The notes beneath the pieces are model-generated. The model was not told the origin of the DNA, searched no databases, and was given only the letters and a program-made list of their open reading frames with translations. A DNA stretch of 48,113 nucleotides from a virus (Duplodnaviria > Caudoviricetes), in IMG/VR virus record IMGVR_UViG_3300037631_004055, positions 1 to 48,113 of that record; one strand, 5' to 3'. How positions within the stretch are numbered: position 1 is the stretch's first letter; each line of letters opens with the position of its first letter. Positions 29,601 through 37,557 of the stretch are shown here, piece after piece. Made by a program: the position numbers and the translations under genes.

Positions 29601-32600
29601 AAGAATCAAAGCCGACCCCGAGGACGCTTTTAGTTACCTTTCCGCGGATGGTTTACAACATATGGGTAGTCTGACTGATGACAACAGTGGTAACGTCATC
29701 CACGGGAAAGCTTGGGGCCATGTGTTCGGAAACTCAGAATACACACGCGCACTGCTTGGTATATCTGCGATAGAAGCTAGAAGAGATGCGAGCAGAGGGA
29801 ACGCACTTCAATATCTTACAGATGATGCGTCCCCTATAAAGGTATTCAAGAGTGCTGAGTATTTAAGAGCCTCTAAAGAGGCTACGGAAAAAGCAAGCCA
29901 CGCGAATTTAAAATCGGTACTCCTTTCAGTTATATCAGCACAAACAAGAAATGAAAAGGTATTGGAGTTTAATCCCAACACTGAAGGTGATTCCGACGCA
30001 AGTGCCGTAGATGAGTCAGTAGACACAGTATCTATTGACGAACTATCCCCCGAGGAGCGCGAACAGTACTTAAACCGAACGGACTCAACGGAAAACTTTA
30101 ATAGTATAAGGGCCACAATATTTGGCACCCGGACACCCTTCGACGGTTTAACAGAAAAAACCCGCGAGGAACTAGCCTCACGGGTTTTTCAAGAGTTAAG
30201 TTACTTAGGGATTAAAGATGGGGAACCGGATTCTTTGCGGGTAGCTCTCTTAAAGATTAAAGAGGGTGTATCTGAGGGGTTATTCCCCGCACACTATAGC
30301 GAACTCGCGGATATTTTACTTAAAAGTGGCAAGTTGGATTTTGACAATCTGACACTGGTGGTCACAGATAGCATTGAACAGGCAGGTTTTTACAACCCCA
30401 AAACTAATACTGTCGTACTTAACTCAAGTGCAACTAACCCAAGAGGTGTGCAGGATGTCGTTATCCATGAGTTATTCCACGTAGCTTTCGAGAAGGTATT
30501 ATCTGACCCCCAGACAACTAACCATAAGTTGGTTGTAGATGCCTTGGATGCTCTAATTGACCGGGGACGAGCTTTCTACGAGACGGGAGAAATAAACCGT
30601 TTAGGTGCTCAGAAAAGGGCTGAGTTTCAGGCTGAACGTGAGGCGAACAACTACTCTCTCGATATAATTAAAGGACTGGTCGATGAGAGCAACTCTTTAT
30701 TTAAGTCTGAGTTATCTGAATCCCCCACACCCTCAGAGTATAGGGGGGTTTACAGGAATATTAGAGCTGAAGAGTTGGGAGCCAATAAGTATTTTGATGA
30801 CGTTATACAGATACGCCATGCTTTAGGTATGAGGGAGGATGGTTCGTATAGCGATCCTGAAGTAGCCCGTAGTGAGTTTTTTACCCACTTAGTCACTGAC
30901 GACACTACTCAGTGGTATATGAAGGAGATAGACCGGGTAAGCCCTCGCGGTTCTTTGTGGGATGGAACCATCCGAGTGATAACTCGCGGTATTTCCGGTG
31001 GGTCAGATGAAAGTGATTTTGCAGACGAACTGGTGAGTGCGTTCCTTACACTTACTGGTAACGAGAGATACCGGGACTGGGGTGCAGAGAAAACACTTAG
31101 GGAGATTATCGGGCACACCAAACAAGATTTAAATAACGCTAATAGTTACCGGGAGTCGGCACCCGCCTTTTCTCCCGATTTCGACCTGAGCAACCTGAAC
31201 CATAGCCTTGGTTCCGAGGCTTCCAAGATTCTAGATGCGTTAGGCCCTGAATCACCCGCTAAGAACATTATATCCGCACTTAACATAGCGGTTGCTACCG
31301 GAGGTAATATTAATAGACCAGACGCCTCCGCACTAACTGGGGTTATAAACCTTCCCGAGTCCGGTGTCCGGGAACGGAGAGTTGTGTCTGCCGCACTTAC
31401 GTCAGCATATGAATCTGCATATACTCCCGGAGAGAGGGAGGCGGCTCTAGTTGGGTATCTCGAAAGTGCCTCTACGGCTTCTGACTTCCTAGCCCAATCG
31501 GTAAAAAGTGCAGGTTCTTGGGAGAATTTTATTGGGGAGATAACTGCCGACGCTTTTTACGGGGATGTTAAGTCGGACTTTGAGTCCAGTTTACAAACCC
31601 TTAGAGCTCGCGTGTTGTCCCGCGACTTTGGTTTAACTACCGCCAGACACGTTGAAGAACTTTTAGAGGTTTTGGGCAGAGTAGTTCCTGAGAAGAGGAG
31701 CTTCATCCGAGAAAACTACCTGTCATCTGACTCAAACCAACAATTTGATGGCGTGGGGTTTGTGGGTGACAAGATTATTGCAGAAAGAGCCGTTGATAAA
31801 CATAACCTTTCGATAGCTCCTGACGACTACGTCTCCATAAAGGAGGAGATTAAACAATCCGACCTTAATTTTAAGGATTATGTAGACAAGCATATAGAGG
31901 ACGAGGACACCCGAGAGCAGTTAATGGTCGTTGAGGGGGAGATGCTACTTCAACTGGAAGAGTATAATAAAAACTCTGATCCAGATGAACGTGGCGTAGT
32001 AGGGTTACAGCGGGTTATTTCCGGGCTACCCCATGATGTTACCACTGAGGACATACTAGCCTCTAAAAAATCTGAGTCCTTTGAAGAGGGGGAATCCCCC
32101 GAGGAAGGGAAGGGAAGAGTTAGACGACTGGCCGATGAGATTTCTGCACGGGGTAAGAAAGCATTAAAGCCCGAGTTTGTTAGTAAGATATGGGGAACCC
32201 TTAAAGGGTTAAAGAACCCATTTAGTGCAGAGTTAGACCCCACAACAGGTCTACAAGACAAGCCCCCGATAGATGAACACAAAAAACTTTTAGGTGCCGC
32301 AAGTTTCGGCTCCAGTCTCCGTTTAGATGGGTTTTTTCGAGCACTAACGGTGCGCGGTAAAGGCGGTAAACCTCTACATGAAGAGTCTAAGAGGTTAAGG
32401 GGCGGTATTAACAAGACTGTCACCAAAGCCCAATTACTTACATCTGCTATCAACAAACAGATGCGTGAGCAGTTTGGGGTATCTTCACTGGGGGAGATGG
32501 CAGAGAGTTGGGATAACGCTGAGTTGGCTGAACGGTGGGGACTTCCCGCTGGGGTTAATGCTGGGTCACACTTAGCAACCCTAATTAATAGGACTTTAGG

Positions 32601-35600
32601 TGAAAAGGATGACAAAGTTCTGGTTGATGAGTTTGGTCCTTCTGAACCCCCGCCTAATTTTGAGGGTGCTATTTGGTCTGAACTACCTAACATCCCCGGC
32701 ATGTCCCTTAGGGAGCGTGTTATTAGGTGGAGGGATACCAAGGTACAGAGTTTGAGGTCCAAAATTTCGGGGGCGAGAAAAGGCATCCGTGACGCGTGGG
32801 AGGCAGACCCTTCCAAGAATCGGGAGACTGTGGATGCCATGAGGGCTCTCCGGGCGGATAAGAACCGGGAGGAAAATACCATTAGAAACATAGCAGGCAC
32901 CGCCCTCACTGCGCTTTACGTAGAGTCAGCGGGGAATTTCAGGACGCTTCAGGAAAGCGCGGTGAAAGAGATCATAAAACTTGATGAAGCCAACCTCGCC
33001 GCCCAAGGCAAGGCGGGGGCTGTAATGACTTCAGCTAACTCTTTGTCGGGAGCGTTGTTAGAGTTGAGGGGAGCTATAAATAGTTTTCAGAACAAGATAA
33101 CAGCCAGCCCCATACTCTCACAGACTTTTAAAGAGGTGTCCGCTTCGTCGGGACCTGACTCGGTCGTCGCCCGTCTTTATGCCGCTGATAGTATGTTCAG
33201 CAGTATGCAGGCAAAGATTTCTGCCAGTAACAATATTCACTTAACAACTACGTACCAATTAAACGACGAGAAGAAAAATTACATGCGTTGGTTGGGTTCA
33301 CAAGAACCCGAAGCCCGTCGGCGTTTTGAGTTGGCGAAGAGCCACTTCAAAGATATCCGCCTACGAGATAAGGCGCGGAAGTTAGCAAAAGAGAGTGATA
33401 TTAGTGTGGAGGAAGCCACCCGTCTTCTTAAGATGGAGAATGAGCCTATTCCACACAATGAGCTTATTGATGATATAAGGAGGTTTATCCAAGGTTTCGG
33501 TTCCGCAGGGGTCGAAGGTTCCGCTCTAGGGTTAATGAATGTCAAAACACTCATCCCTAAGAAAGAGATAGCTACCCCCCTACAGGAGGCCGCAGGTGCT
33601 TATAAAGACAACATATTTAACGCGGCGCGAACTCTTACAACTTTAGGTACTTTAGAAGCCAACCACGAATACCTAACCTCTGTTAAGGAGATGTTAGAGC
33701 GTATTCAAAAAGAGGCTAACGAGACTAAAGGACCCAATGAACCTAATATAGTTTTATTGAGTGAGGAGTCTGGACACAGGCAACACGGGTTAGTGAAGTT
33801 TTCCGCACCCGAGGGCGCTGGCAGTACTTCAGGTAACTTCGGCCCCTTAGAAGGGTTATACGGACCACCCTTACTTGTGAAAGCTCTACAGGAAGTTAGT
33901 AGAAAGAATTACGCAGGTGTGCAAAAACACTTGATGTGGCTGTCCTCACAAACCATGGCTAACGTAACTACACGTAGACCACGTACACACGTAAGGAACT
34001 TTGTAGGCAACCCCATGTTCCTAGTGAACGCTGGTATGCCTCTGCACGCCATTAAAGGTTTTAGAATCCTTACCGACTGGATACACGGCGGTGAAGGCGC
34101 TGGAAGTGCTGTAATGAAAGCCGCTATGGTGGGGGCCCGAGATCAGATAGAAGCCTTACCAAATTCCAGTAAGTTATCCAAGGCATTTAAGGGGGCTTTG
34201 TCATTATTCGTAGCCAACGATTCCAGCAGATTTCTAGGGAAGACTTCCATATTTGAACCGGAGTTGATGGCCATAATGGAAGAATATGCCGAGTTCCTCG
34301 TTACGGGACAAGATGTTAGGTCTAATGTAATTCAAGAAGCTCGTAAATCAGTCATGAACACAGGAGGGGGTGATCCAATTTTTGGACTATCCATGGTACC
34401 TTCCTCTAAAGCTAGAGGCTTCAAGAAGCAGTTCGACTCTATAGATAAAGTTCTAGAGAGTATGTATGGGGCTGAGGACGACTACTGGAAGGCATCTGCC
34501 TACGAAGGGCAGTTGACCAAGTTGGCTAATGTATTTGATATATCAGACATAGACTCCGAGGAACGCTACGCGCCCTTCACTCTCCGCAAACGTATCGGCC
34601 AGATGTTGAATGGTAAGTATGAAGGAGCCATGACTGCCGAGCAGGCAAACAGAATTTTAGAAACATTTAAACCCCGTACGGAAGAGCAACGTACGGATCG
34701 GGCCAAGTTACTTAAAGATGATCGGAGGTCTGCGGCACTCTATACACTAAAAGCTGAAGCCGCATACCGCGTCCAAGAAACCATGCCCAACTACTCAATG
34801 ACAGTTGAGTTGGTTAAGTGGATGAAACGTAATCAACTGACTGCTTACGTGGCGCCCTTTATTTCCTTCTACGCAGAGACTCTGCGACTATCTGTAAAGA
34901 CTCCTATATTGGCCGCCCAAGAGATTCGGCTTGGTTATAAAACCAATAACATGAAACTTATGCAGATGGGCGCCAACCGGGCGGCTTGGTCAGGAGCCAC
35001 TCTATTTGCAGGTTCCAAAGCTATGCAAGGTCTTTGGTCTTTGTTAGGAGCTTTGATGGGTGCGGGGGACGACGAGGACAAAGATTTGACTGCAGAGGTG
35101 TTGGGTGGAGATAATGTTGGAGACACAGATGACGTAAAAGCACTTAAGAGGTTCCTCCATGAGTGGTACCAAAAAGGTACCTTAGCTTTCTTCGGTGACC
35201 CTGAAGGTGGGTTCCCAATTATGATGGATGTATCTCATATGATGCCACTTGCATCCGGTATGGATTCCATTCGGAGGTATTTGGAGGCGAGAACGGGTGG
35301 CAGAGAGGTTGCTGGGGGTCTTATTGCGCCCGAAGAAGAGTTTTTATCTGATATGTTCGGCCAGTTTTTCCAACCTCAGATGTGGGCGCAAGCCATTACT
35401 GGGGGTCGTTACCAGCCTAATGACAGTCTTAGTGAGTTTGAATCCACGATCCTTGATCCCGCAAAGGCTATACTTTCCGAGGCTCATAAAATTGCACTCC
35501 CCGGGTATGTGACCGATGCGATTAAACTAGCTAGTGCGTTTAAGAATAGAGGGAAAATTATACGTGGGCAAAAGGTATCAGTAGGCGATGAATTTCTATC

Positions 35601-36066
35601 CGCCGTGTTCGGTGTCAACATTAAGCGTATTGACATTAGGGATGAGTTTAAGAGAAAGTTGTCCTTCAGGAATAAACAGTTGAGGGACGCTAAGAGGGAC
35701 CTCAATAGGTTGATGCGGGGCAGGTCTACGGTTACGGAAGATGAGGTTTTAGAGTCTGTAGAGAGGTATAAAGAACTTTATCGGGGTATAACGTTGAGGT
35801 TGATTAGAGACTATAAAGCCGCCCAACATTTTATTGGTGACGATGCCGACATCATCATGGATAAACAGTTAGATAAGCAGGTTCTGTCACAAGTTTACGG
35901 GGAGTACGCCGAGTTAGCCCCATTGTCTGGACCTACTATTGACGACGCCTATCGTATATCTGAAGAGATAGCCAACCCCGAGAGACTGGCGGGGATCGAC
36001 GCTCTCTATGAAACCCCGGTTGAGTTCTTCGATCCCGGTGAGATAATGAAGGTTATAAGTAAGTGA
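20608..36066 (+). CDS. Giant (5152 aa) internal virion / polyvalent-like protein with zincin metallopeptidase and SAP-like motifs
   Basis: Uninterrupted 15.5-kb ORF. GFYNPKTNTVVLN...VVIHELFH; IPALKSLL..KKKPITGSRSDLIYRL; Gly-rich hydrophobic helices (EAAEE...GGVLGGLAGG); C-terminal THVRNFVGN / APFISF segments. Confidence 0.75.
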   Translation: MSATNYSWPELQATDTYQSLETPEEQLTMLRGWADAHYASYDGDKSPQEVQNFDVLVSFLAEDINAKAHNPEGLSISKQGIVDRQIDINKSRAFQAENVRSTDRLLTDILRGTATLNEETGKYQKYGKDRDTVEFSVGEGHLNWLKEQEKSPLGRLNWVTRRTLELEPHEDSLDGVEVNYAAAALGKDHFEALIDNEEGLSDSEKFRVKQRYNTYKRLAYADFQDYITSKKVADRPLGTRSIFAKDSEDDQDMDVESFRMFLTEDRLSEYKDNGREFDTDRVTDEILQLWATKRGLGDYADYITLNKEESSNARDSLSGMFSDALTNHPATWSDSEVMRKESDGGLLLNPRWLAEGISDDDVRERIENSGEDVPEDVLEGFLHQLDINRESKARSVLSNVDSLAGGFIPWDARAKDLSLFKRANSDKGWDDQTMVSEYLKNTKDPENFWKQIGYGVPTLDNIGAFLQTWSSEDSGWFGDAAYGLGNFLRGLQAGAVQDVGMTASSVIGSATTALGADTGDFLESIKKTQEAVSAVDSIHGKAPRFGRMFGQELALLGLTAGVGKAGNALRARQAQKALIDVTNRKAIQKNLEEFASDITVGDVDAPALNPAGKFKEFTDKLAGKTYFGLQASRSGGAMYMDAFTKIKNELIQDAGMDPDEAEEIARTNAILPGIGGALITYSLMKAVPGDVMGGIFNRGSNISTASMMKRFKMDRKSWRRAMDDPELKEEVAELLGDSFSLNKFLNLRSVRAGGREAAEEFLDEIGQGILSMATYNPELSWAETVSHATEAAFVGGVLGGLAGGLSQRPPIVEEQLAPEMQVKLQELDLKFNRLIEEGNTETAEAIRQVSESVRRDGPKVPIVSEPDPDEEAPVELGVEGEYFHTPGKFTRNDRSEGRGLLLTLESGQFIVPNIEDEFEKGGTTNYPDLSSATTPGDVVNILGDEKYTPIPLSNIYGFVEDNVGTAAQMDKFRVLGSLTDEIVKIGERSGDIEELSKAYENVINKARKTFGSDRESLGIFYNRASDNVKSNFKGLFVGTVLDDVEGTISEYHSTGPEAFPGVITDESARELRDAATFKSRGWLQSRVKSLSDTYKGQDRGIGEGQADSREVSEVFGVALDLAFSGVQVMTDYRKGDRNFLVKVKKEVDKFRKDFKTQYGLWDKNQMDTGFSGNALKAVKTFYNRVGSLLSESFPSDSSVEARWGELTKNVNPAYKRLMSYAKHTSEGVTLPTLLLPSEKMGLLNDVRISSQDKNLIVLNNTTNNSDTSSQKAFKPLLHRVYRDRLRDNRFSWDEGSDVPFIPNESALKFTLKDIWEGLTTPKEGEEPTPVTKEQFAELVANDADIARYLPEDPETADATRAALLHLFWMEREQTGDSAAPADSGDSTLILEDMVEKDLEIEVKKFSKDTEELEKELSQSAGNMFYNAVYNRPESGNLTLKEFTSRVIKHDPTIATGIKSPGKRVEFVATLTQTYKDGVNNTIAELVNRAELIDVDTRVEVEARLKNRIPRTEDLMSQDVMSILGWREGDRTKAKEIGDIVDLYNVDKPNEPRVAKLVDKSSGEPPKISGKDFWVQNDIGHVWVYPTTEKDTATMAPFEEGVKVFKSAKTHKGNYFSSKDRQLVVESVDKGLWVAGIWSPDPNPSSKVTDEGHIFKSVVDEVSGSVFFKSAKIAKEAALSALADRQRPDQAIKVFQLQEGGEFRQGGEIVSIQVGSSADNVDTGWSETPWDDQTNNEKYKLSMDYGVGDNRIYKDTSIRQLKAKDLENLSGLISNFLKGSKDKQANIRAKLDARAVKAARQELGERDLSSLITPVRRDLKSKSRSLNPGAARKAAFEFLTLSKEVQGTYESPEKYIKTRLADPKFTPALKKSARVPDQVSESAFNETSEFAKNLTDGVLQNEERLRFYLNKFVATGQTPSIEDIKEDNPDNYAALMLGAYEMLFDVEGVNENVVVPQMLRLVKEDENSTKIVGGILGRVEDYLRETSSTDARGFVPKPADTELPDKVVRRVKAYYDKRVTSEAKERIKTQLYKHVGNAVANRVLAYNSPELAIERMSELLSMARPDGAELLKRERRRGFKSVAPNTKPAVSEKDYVKLELLRANQDATVTVKLLDEAYNTAVNRIDAAANSAWDRVNEVIDRKTKIFTDVSPEKITWRRSDTSGVYIGTSSTFNEYRNELAKNFTEDFFNQIRGVVITSQGGLVYSQDANDSAKREVMLEGTRIEDKRKIGKLINLLKLNPEISLRSVVGGDSKFAKAVRARLKGYQTSFKNLAESEFEGSQLWPGEKYKFRGGSKRGTKYELYREAKLVGDTKSRPDEVYVGSISLKELNTREDEVGKLEEDIEGRLSHKKELLAENEVLLQRSKASIKEYELPEGLQDGRLKKGSIDIPALKSLLIAKKKPITGSRSDLIYRLEGGEDLVNEINQIDEGLKIVEDTKAKLIAFVDNKIGEGLEGAKQRAASLAAESASRLLKGALFHQDEYINAFEALDKSINDSLTSLSEATRPNEEVAAAWKSTIIAIREDLGRRIVRAGEYAEVGERAQSARDNITALTTYKTTLANAKSLATTPKTPPSGDVGVLYGEVAPTERGYFHSSQQLDTNAHIKFLAGKVEQVPLTPYDATFKPGKEGTKRPRDLTKRVADLNKGKDKLLKPFRAPSFIVKLKGGGTSFANRLTARSPAPVEGYREGDKLDYNAFIKKVNKDFESGREFYGANNYFHVVDKNGKYRFTNNPLHVASYFSTSTTDSKGVTTYPQKFKLDKKFKEDLHPGIILDKEGYVIGAATHFRPPGTKPDWIGPRANFASYVKAHTGTDKNGNSIGGRTLHDISADLTPFELRSNRQTRTGTVSKATEEVTLALDALNRVILSPEDFLPHEVEFLYDALRIAKNRDAKPILNFTDPKKIKKRLSEEVRAEKYHLKPDTHTLSTLLDEAYNHYTREDKDGEIVDEDIRNAASGKENINWHDRFKVHVVMSLLKTRILAEDSKIREDSPQKSRSIIQRIKADPEDAFSYLSADGLQHMGSLTDDNSGNVIHGKAWGHVFGNSEYTRALLGISAIEARRDASRGNALQYLTDDASPIKVFKSAEYLRASKEATEKASHANLKSVLLSVISAQTRNEKVLEFNPNTEGDSDASAVDESVDTVSIDELSPEEREQYLNRTDSTENFNSIRATIFGTRTPFDGLTEKTREELASRVFQELSYLGIKDGEPDSLRVALLKIKEGVSEGLFPAHYSELADILLKSGKLDFDNLTLVVTDSIEQAGFYNPKTNTVVLNSSATNPRGVQDVVIHELFHVAFEKVLSDPQTTNHKLVVDALDALIDRGRAFYETGEINRLGAQKRAEFQAEREANNYSLDIIKGLVDESNSLFKSELSESPTPSEYRGVYRNIRAEELGANKYFDDVIQIRHALGMREDGSYSDPEVARSEFFTHLVTDDTTQWYMKEIDRVSPRGSLWDGTIRVITRGISGGSDESDFADELVSAFLTLTGNERYRDWGAEKTLREIIGHTKQDLNNANSYRESAPAFSPDFDLSNLNHSLGSEASKILDALGPESPAKNIISALNIAVATGGNINRPDASALTGVINLPESGVRERRVVSAALTSAYESAYTPGEREAALVGYLESASTASDFLAQSVKSAGSWENFIGEITADAFYGDVKSDFESSLQTLRARVLSRDFGLTTARHVEELLEVLGRVVPEKRSFIRENYLSSDSNQQFDGVGFVGDKIIAERAVDKHNLSIAPDDYVSIKEEIKQSDLNFKDYVDKHIEDEDTREQLMVVEGEMLLQLEEYNKNSDPDERGVVGLQRVISGLPHDVTTEDILASKKSESFEEGESPEEGKGRVRRLADEISARGKKALKPEFVSKIWGTLKGLKNPFSAELDPTTGLQDKPPIDEHKKLLGAASFGSSLRLDGFFRALTVRGKGGKPLHEESKRLRGGINKTVTKAQLLTSAINKQMREQFGVSSLGEMAESWDNAELAERWGLPAGVNAGSHLATLINRTLGEKDDKVLVDEFGPSEPPPNFEGAIWSELPNIPGMSLRERVIRWRDTKVQSLRSKISGARKGIRDAWEADPSKNRETVDAMRALRADKNREENTIRNIAGTALTALYVESAGNFRTLQESAVKEIIKLDEANLAAQGKAGAVMTSANSLSGALLELRGAINSFQNKITASPILSQTFKEVSASSGPDSVVARLYAADSMFSSMQAKISASNNIHLTTTYQLNDEKKNYMRWLGSQEPEARRRFELAKSHFKDIRLRDKARKLAKESDISVEEATRLLKMENEPIPHNELIDDIRRFIQGFGSAGVEGSALGLMNVKTLIPKKEIATPLQEAAGAYKDNIFNAARTLTTLGTLEANHEYLTSVKEMLERIQKEANETKGPNEPNIVLLSEESGHRQHGLVKFSAPEGAGSTSGNFGPLEGLYGPPLLVKALQEVSRKNYAGVQKHLMWLSSQTMANVTTRRPRTHVRNFVGNPMFLVNAGMPLHAIKGFRILTDWIHGGEGAGSAVMKAAMVGARDQIEALPNSSKLSKAFKGALSLFVANDSSRFLGKTSIFEPELMAIMEEYAEFLVTGQDVRSNVIQEARKSVMNTGGGDPIFGLSMVPSSKARGFKKQFDSIDKVLESMYGAEDDYWKASAYEGQLTKLANVFDISDIDSEERYAPFTLRKRIGQMLNGKYEGAMTAEQANRILETFKPRTEEQRTDRAKLLKDDRRSAALYTLKAEAAYRVQETMPNYSMTVELVKWMKRNQLTAYVAPFISFYAETLRLSVKTPILAAQEIRLGYKTNNMKLMQMGANRAAWSGATLFAGSKAMQGLWSLLGALMGAGDDEDKDLTAEVLGGDNVGDTDDVKALKRFLHEWYQKGTLAFFGDPEGGFPIMMDVSHMMPLASGMDSIRRYLEARTGGREVAGGLIAPEEEFLSDMFGQFFQPQMWAQAITGGRYQPNDSLSEFESTILDPAKAILSEAHKIALPGYVTDAIKLASAFKNRGKIIRGQKVSVGDEFLSAVFGVNIKRIDIRDEFKRKLSFRNKQLRDAKRDLNRLMRGRSTVTEDEVLESVERYKELYRGITLRLIRDYKAAQHFIGDDADIIMDKQLDKQVLSQVYGEYAELAPLSGPTIDDAYRISEEIANPERLAGIDALYETPVEFFDPGEIMKVISK

Positions 36067-36449
36067 AAATAACCATTAATAGTGCCCATAGATTCTTAAT
36101 GTCCATGGCGGCATGGAAAGGCCGCGGTGGTGAGATAGTTGACGTGAAGGAGGCCACCAGAAGGTCCGCCATCTGTGTTAAATGTCCCAACAACAAGCGG
36201 GGTAAATGTGGTATTTGCTTCGCAAAGCGAGCCGCCATGTTTCTCATGGGTCATAAGAAGTCTGAAGGAGCAATACCCTATCAAGACAACCCACACAACG
36301 AAGATTTACATTCTTGTGAGAAGTGTGGGTGTGACCTAAAGATGAAAAATTTCCTTCCTTTAGGCGTCCTGAATAATGAAGGAGTAGAGTATCCTGAGTG
36401 GTGTTGGCAGAATGGCCCGGGTCATGAGGAACATTCCCCACCACAGTGA
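36063..36449 (+). CDS. Cys-rich putative zinc-binding protein
   Basis: CVKC...CGIC...CEKCGC...WCW; GTGA overlap with the giant gene. Confidence 0.7.
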   Translation: MKITINSAHRFLMSMAAWKGRGGEIVDVKEATRRSAICVKCPNNKRGKCGICFAKRAAMFLMGHKKSEGAIPYQDNPHNEDLHSCEKCGCDLKMKNFLPLGVLNNEGVEYPEWCWQNGPGHEEHSPPQ

Positions 36450-36534
36450 ACTACTCTTCAGTTACATTCCTACTGACGATTAGTCTATCCCTCCACAACC
36501 TTACCCTTTATTTTATATCAGCTTTGATACTGAT

Positions 36535-36671
36535 CTACCTGAACCTAGTAATGCTCAGGTAGGCGGTTACCCAGTAGGAGTCTTTTGCGAGTGAATCCTT
36601 CACCCATACATGGGTGCGGCCAGAGTACATAATGTACTGTTTATTTTATTTGGCCTTACTGGGTTACCAGT
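36535..36671. ncRNA. Multi-stem structured intergenic element at the convergence of the two transcription blocks
   Basis: Closing stem 36565-76/36657-68 (11 of 12 pairs) encloses three hairpins, with an extra hairpin at 36535-36562. Confidence 0.4.
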
Positions 36672-36688
36672 GGTTTTAGGTATAATGT

Positions 36689-37369
36689 TTAAAATCCGGG
36701 CTCTGTCTCGTAAACCCGAGCTAACCTTCTAGCGATAGCCGCTCTGCGGGGGTTGTGATCTTTGCCAGCTCTTTCGTACCCTTCCGAGAAAATCAATGCG
36801 GCTTGCACTGCATCATTCGACTCATTCATCTTCCTACGGACATTCCCAAACCGGGTACTATTGTCCATCTCTTCCTTTATAAAGTCTAGTTGGGTAGTTG
36901 GGTCACTAATGCTTGTTCCCCGTTCGTTAGCGAATTTCCTTAAGTTTGTCCGGTCACCTTTCAATTCCCGGCGTGCGGGCTCCCACTGAGCAAACCCAAA
37001 ACCGCCTTTAAAGTCTTCCAAACGAGGACTTTCACGCTTCATCCCTTTTTGCCATATAGTGGGGTCTAGCAGAGACTCATGTTCCAGATTAGAAACCACG
37101 CCTATTGAAGAGGGTAGATTCATGTGATTTTTAGTCTTCTGCCTATGTACGATGAAATTACGGTACGGCTGTAAATCCTCACCCTTTTTAGGCTTCCCGG
37201 TCTTCATGTATATGGGACCATGAACTTGGTTGCTGGAAGGTTCCGCCCAGCTAGGGTCTTTACCATACTTCTTACGGTATGCATCCACCTCCTTCAACTG
37301 CTTGTCGGCGGCTTTATTCCTTTTATCCCACAATATTTTATCGCGGGGGGTGAAGTATTCCTTGGCCAT
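36689..37369 (-). CDS. Phage tail-type lysozyme (Phage_lysozyme2-like) domain protein
   Basis: GVVSNLEHESLLDP (catalytic Glu), GFGFAQW, TQLDFIKEE and FSEGYERAG. Start taken at MAKEY. Confidence 0.85.
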   Translation of the reverse strand: MAKEYFTPRDKILWDKRNKAADKQLKEVDAYRKKYGKDPSWAEPSSNQVHGPIYMKTGKPKKGEDLQPYRNFIVHRQKTKNHMNLPSSIGVVSNLEHESLLDPTIWQKGMKRESPRLEDFKGGFGFAQWEPARRELKGDRTNLRKFANERGTSISDPTTQLDFIKEEMDNSTRFGNVRRKMNESNDAVQAALIFSEGYERAGKDHNPRRAAIARRLARVYETEPGF

Positions 37370-37370
37370 A

Positions 37371-37541
37371 TTAATAAGAGGAGGTATTCCTACGCTTCTT
37401 CTTAGCCCTTTTCGCAGCCTCCGCATGGGTGCTACCTTTCATGAGGTAAGGTTTCCCGTCCTTCCCCACCATCCAATGGTGCCCCGGAGGGGCAGGGGTG
37501 TCGGGCATTATCTGCTTCTTTCTAGCTTTATATCCGGCCAT
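37371..37541 (-). CDS. Small basic protein (56 aa) with APPGHHWM...LMKG motif
   Basis: Below the ORF-track cutoff. Manual translation is MAGYKARKKQIMPDTPAPPGHHWMVGKDGKPYLMKGSTHAEAAKRAKKKRRNTSSY, and it fills the gap exactly. Confidence 0.65.
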   Translation of the reverse strand: MAGYKARKKQIMPDTPAPPGHHWMVGKDGKPYLMKGSTHAEAAKRAKKKRRNTSSY

Positions 37542-37557
37542 ATGGGTAATTTAACCC

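Noticed and set aside
31950-32909. 319-aa antisense ORF (and many shorter antisense ORFs across 1496-36066)
   Set aside because: They lie entirely opposite long sense genes and have Ser/Leu-rich shadow composition with no motifs.
20608-36066. Giant protein as a virion RNA polymerase
   Set aside because: I found no convincing DxDGD/DFDxD two-barrel motif or clear T7/N4-type motif set (SYDGD near the N-terminus lacks the first Asp). Not called, although a divergent enzyme cannot be excluded by eye.
1496-36449. Stop-codon reassignment
   Set aside because: Standard-code ORFs tile the region densely, and TAA, TAG and TGA all end genes at coupled junctions.
36455-36479. CTGAnGA hammerhead cores on both strands; tRNA-like cloverleaf nearby
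   Set aside because: No matching GAAA or stem II, and the multi-stem element lacks T-loop/D-loop consensus and tRNA arm lengths.
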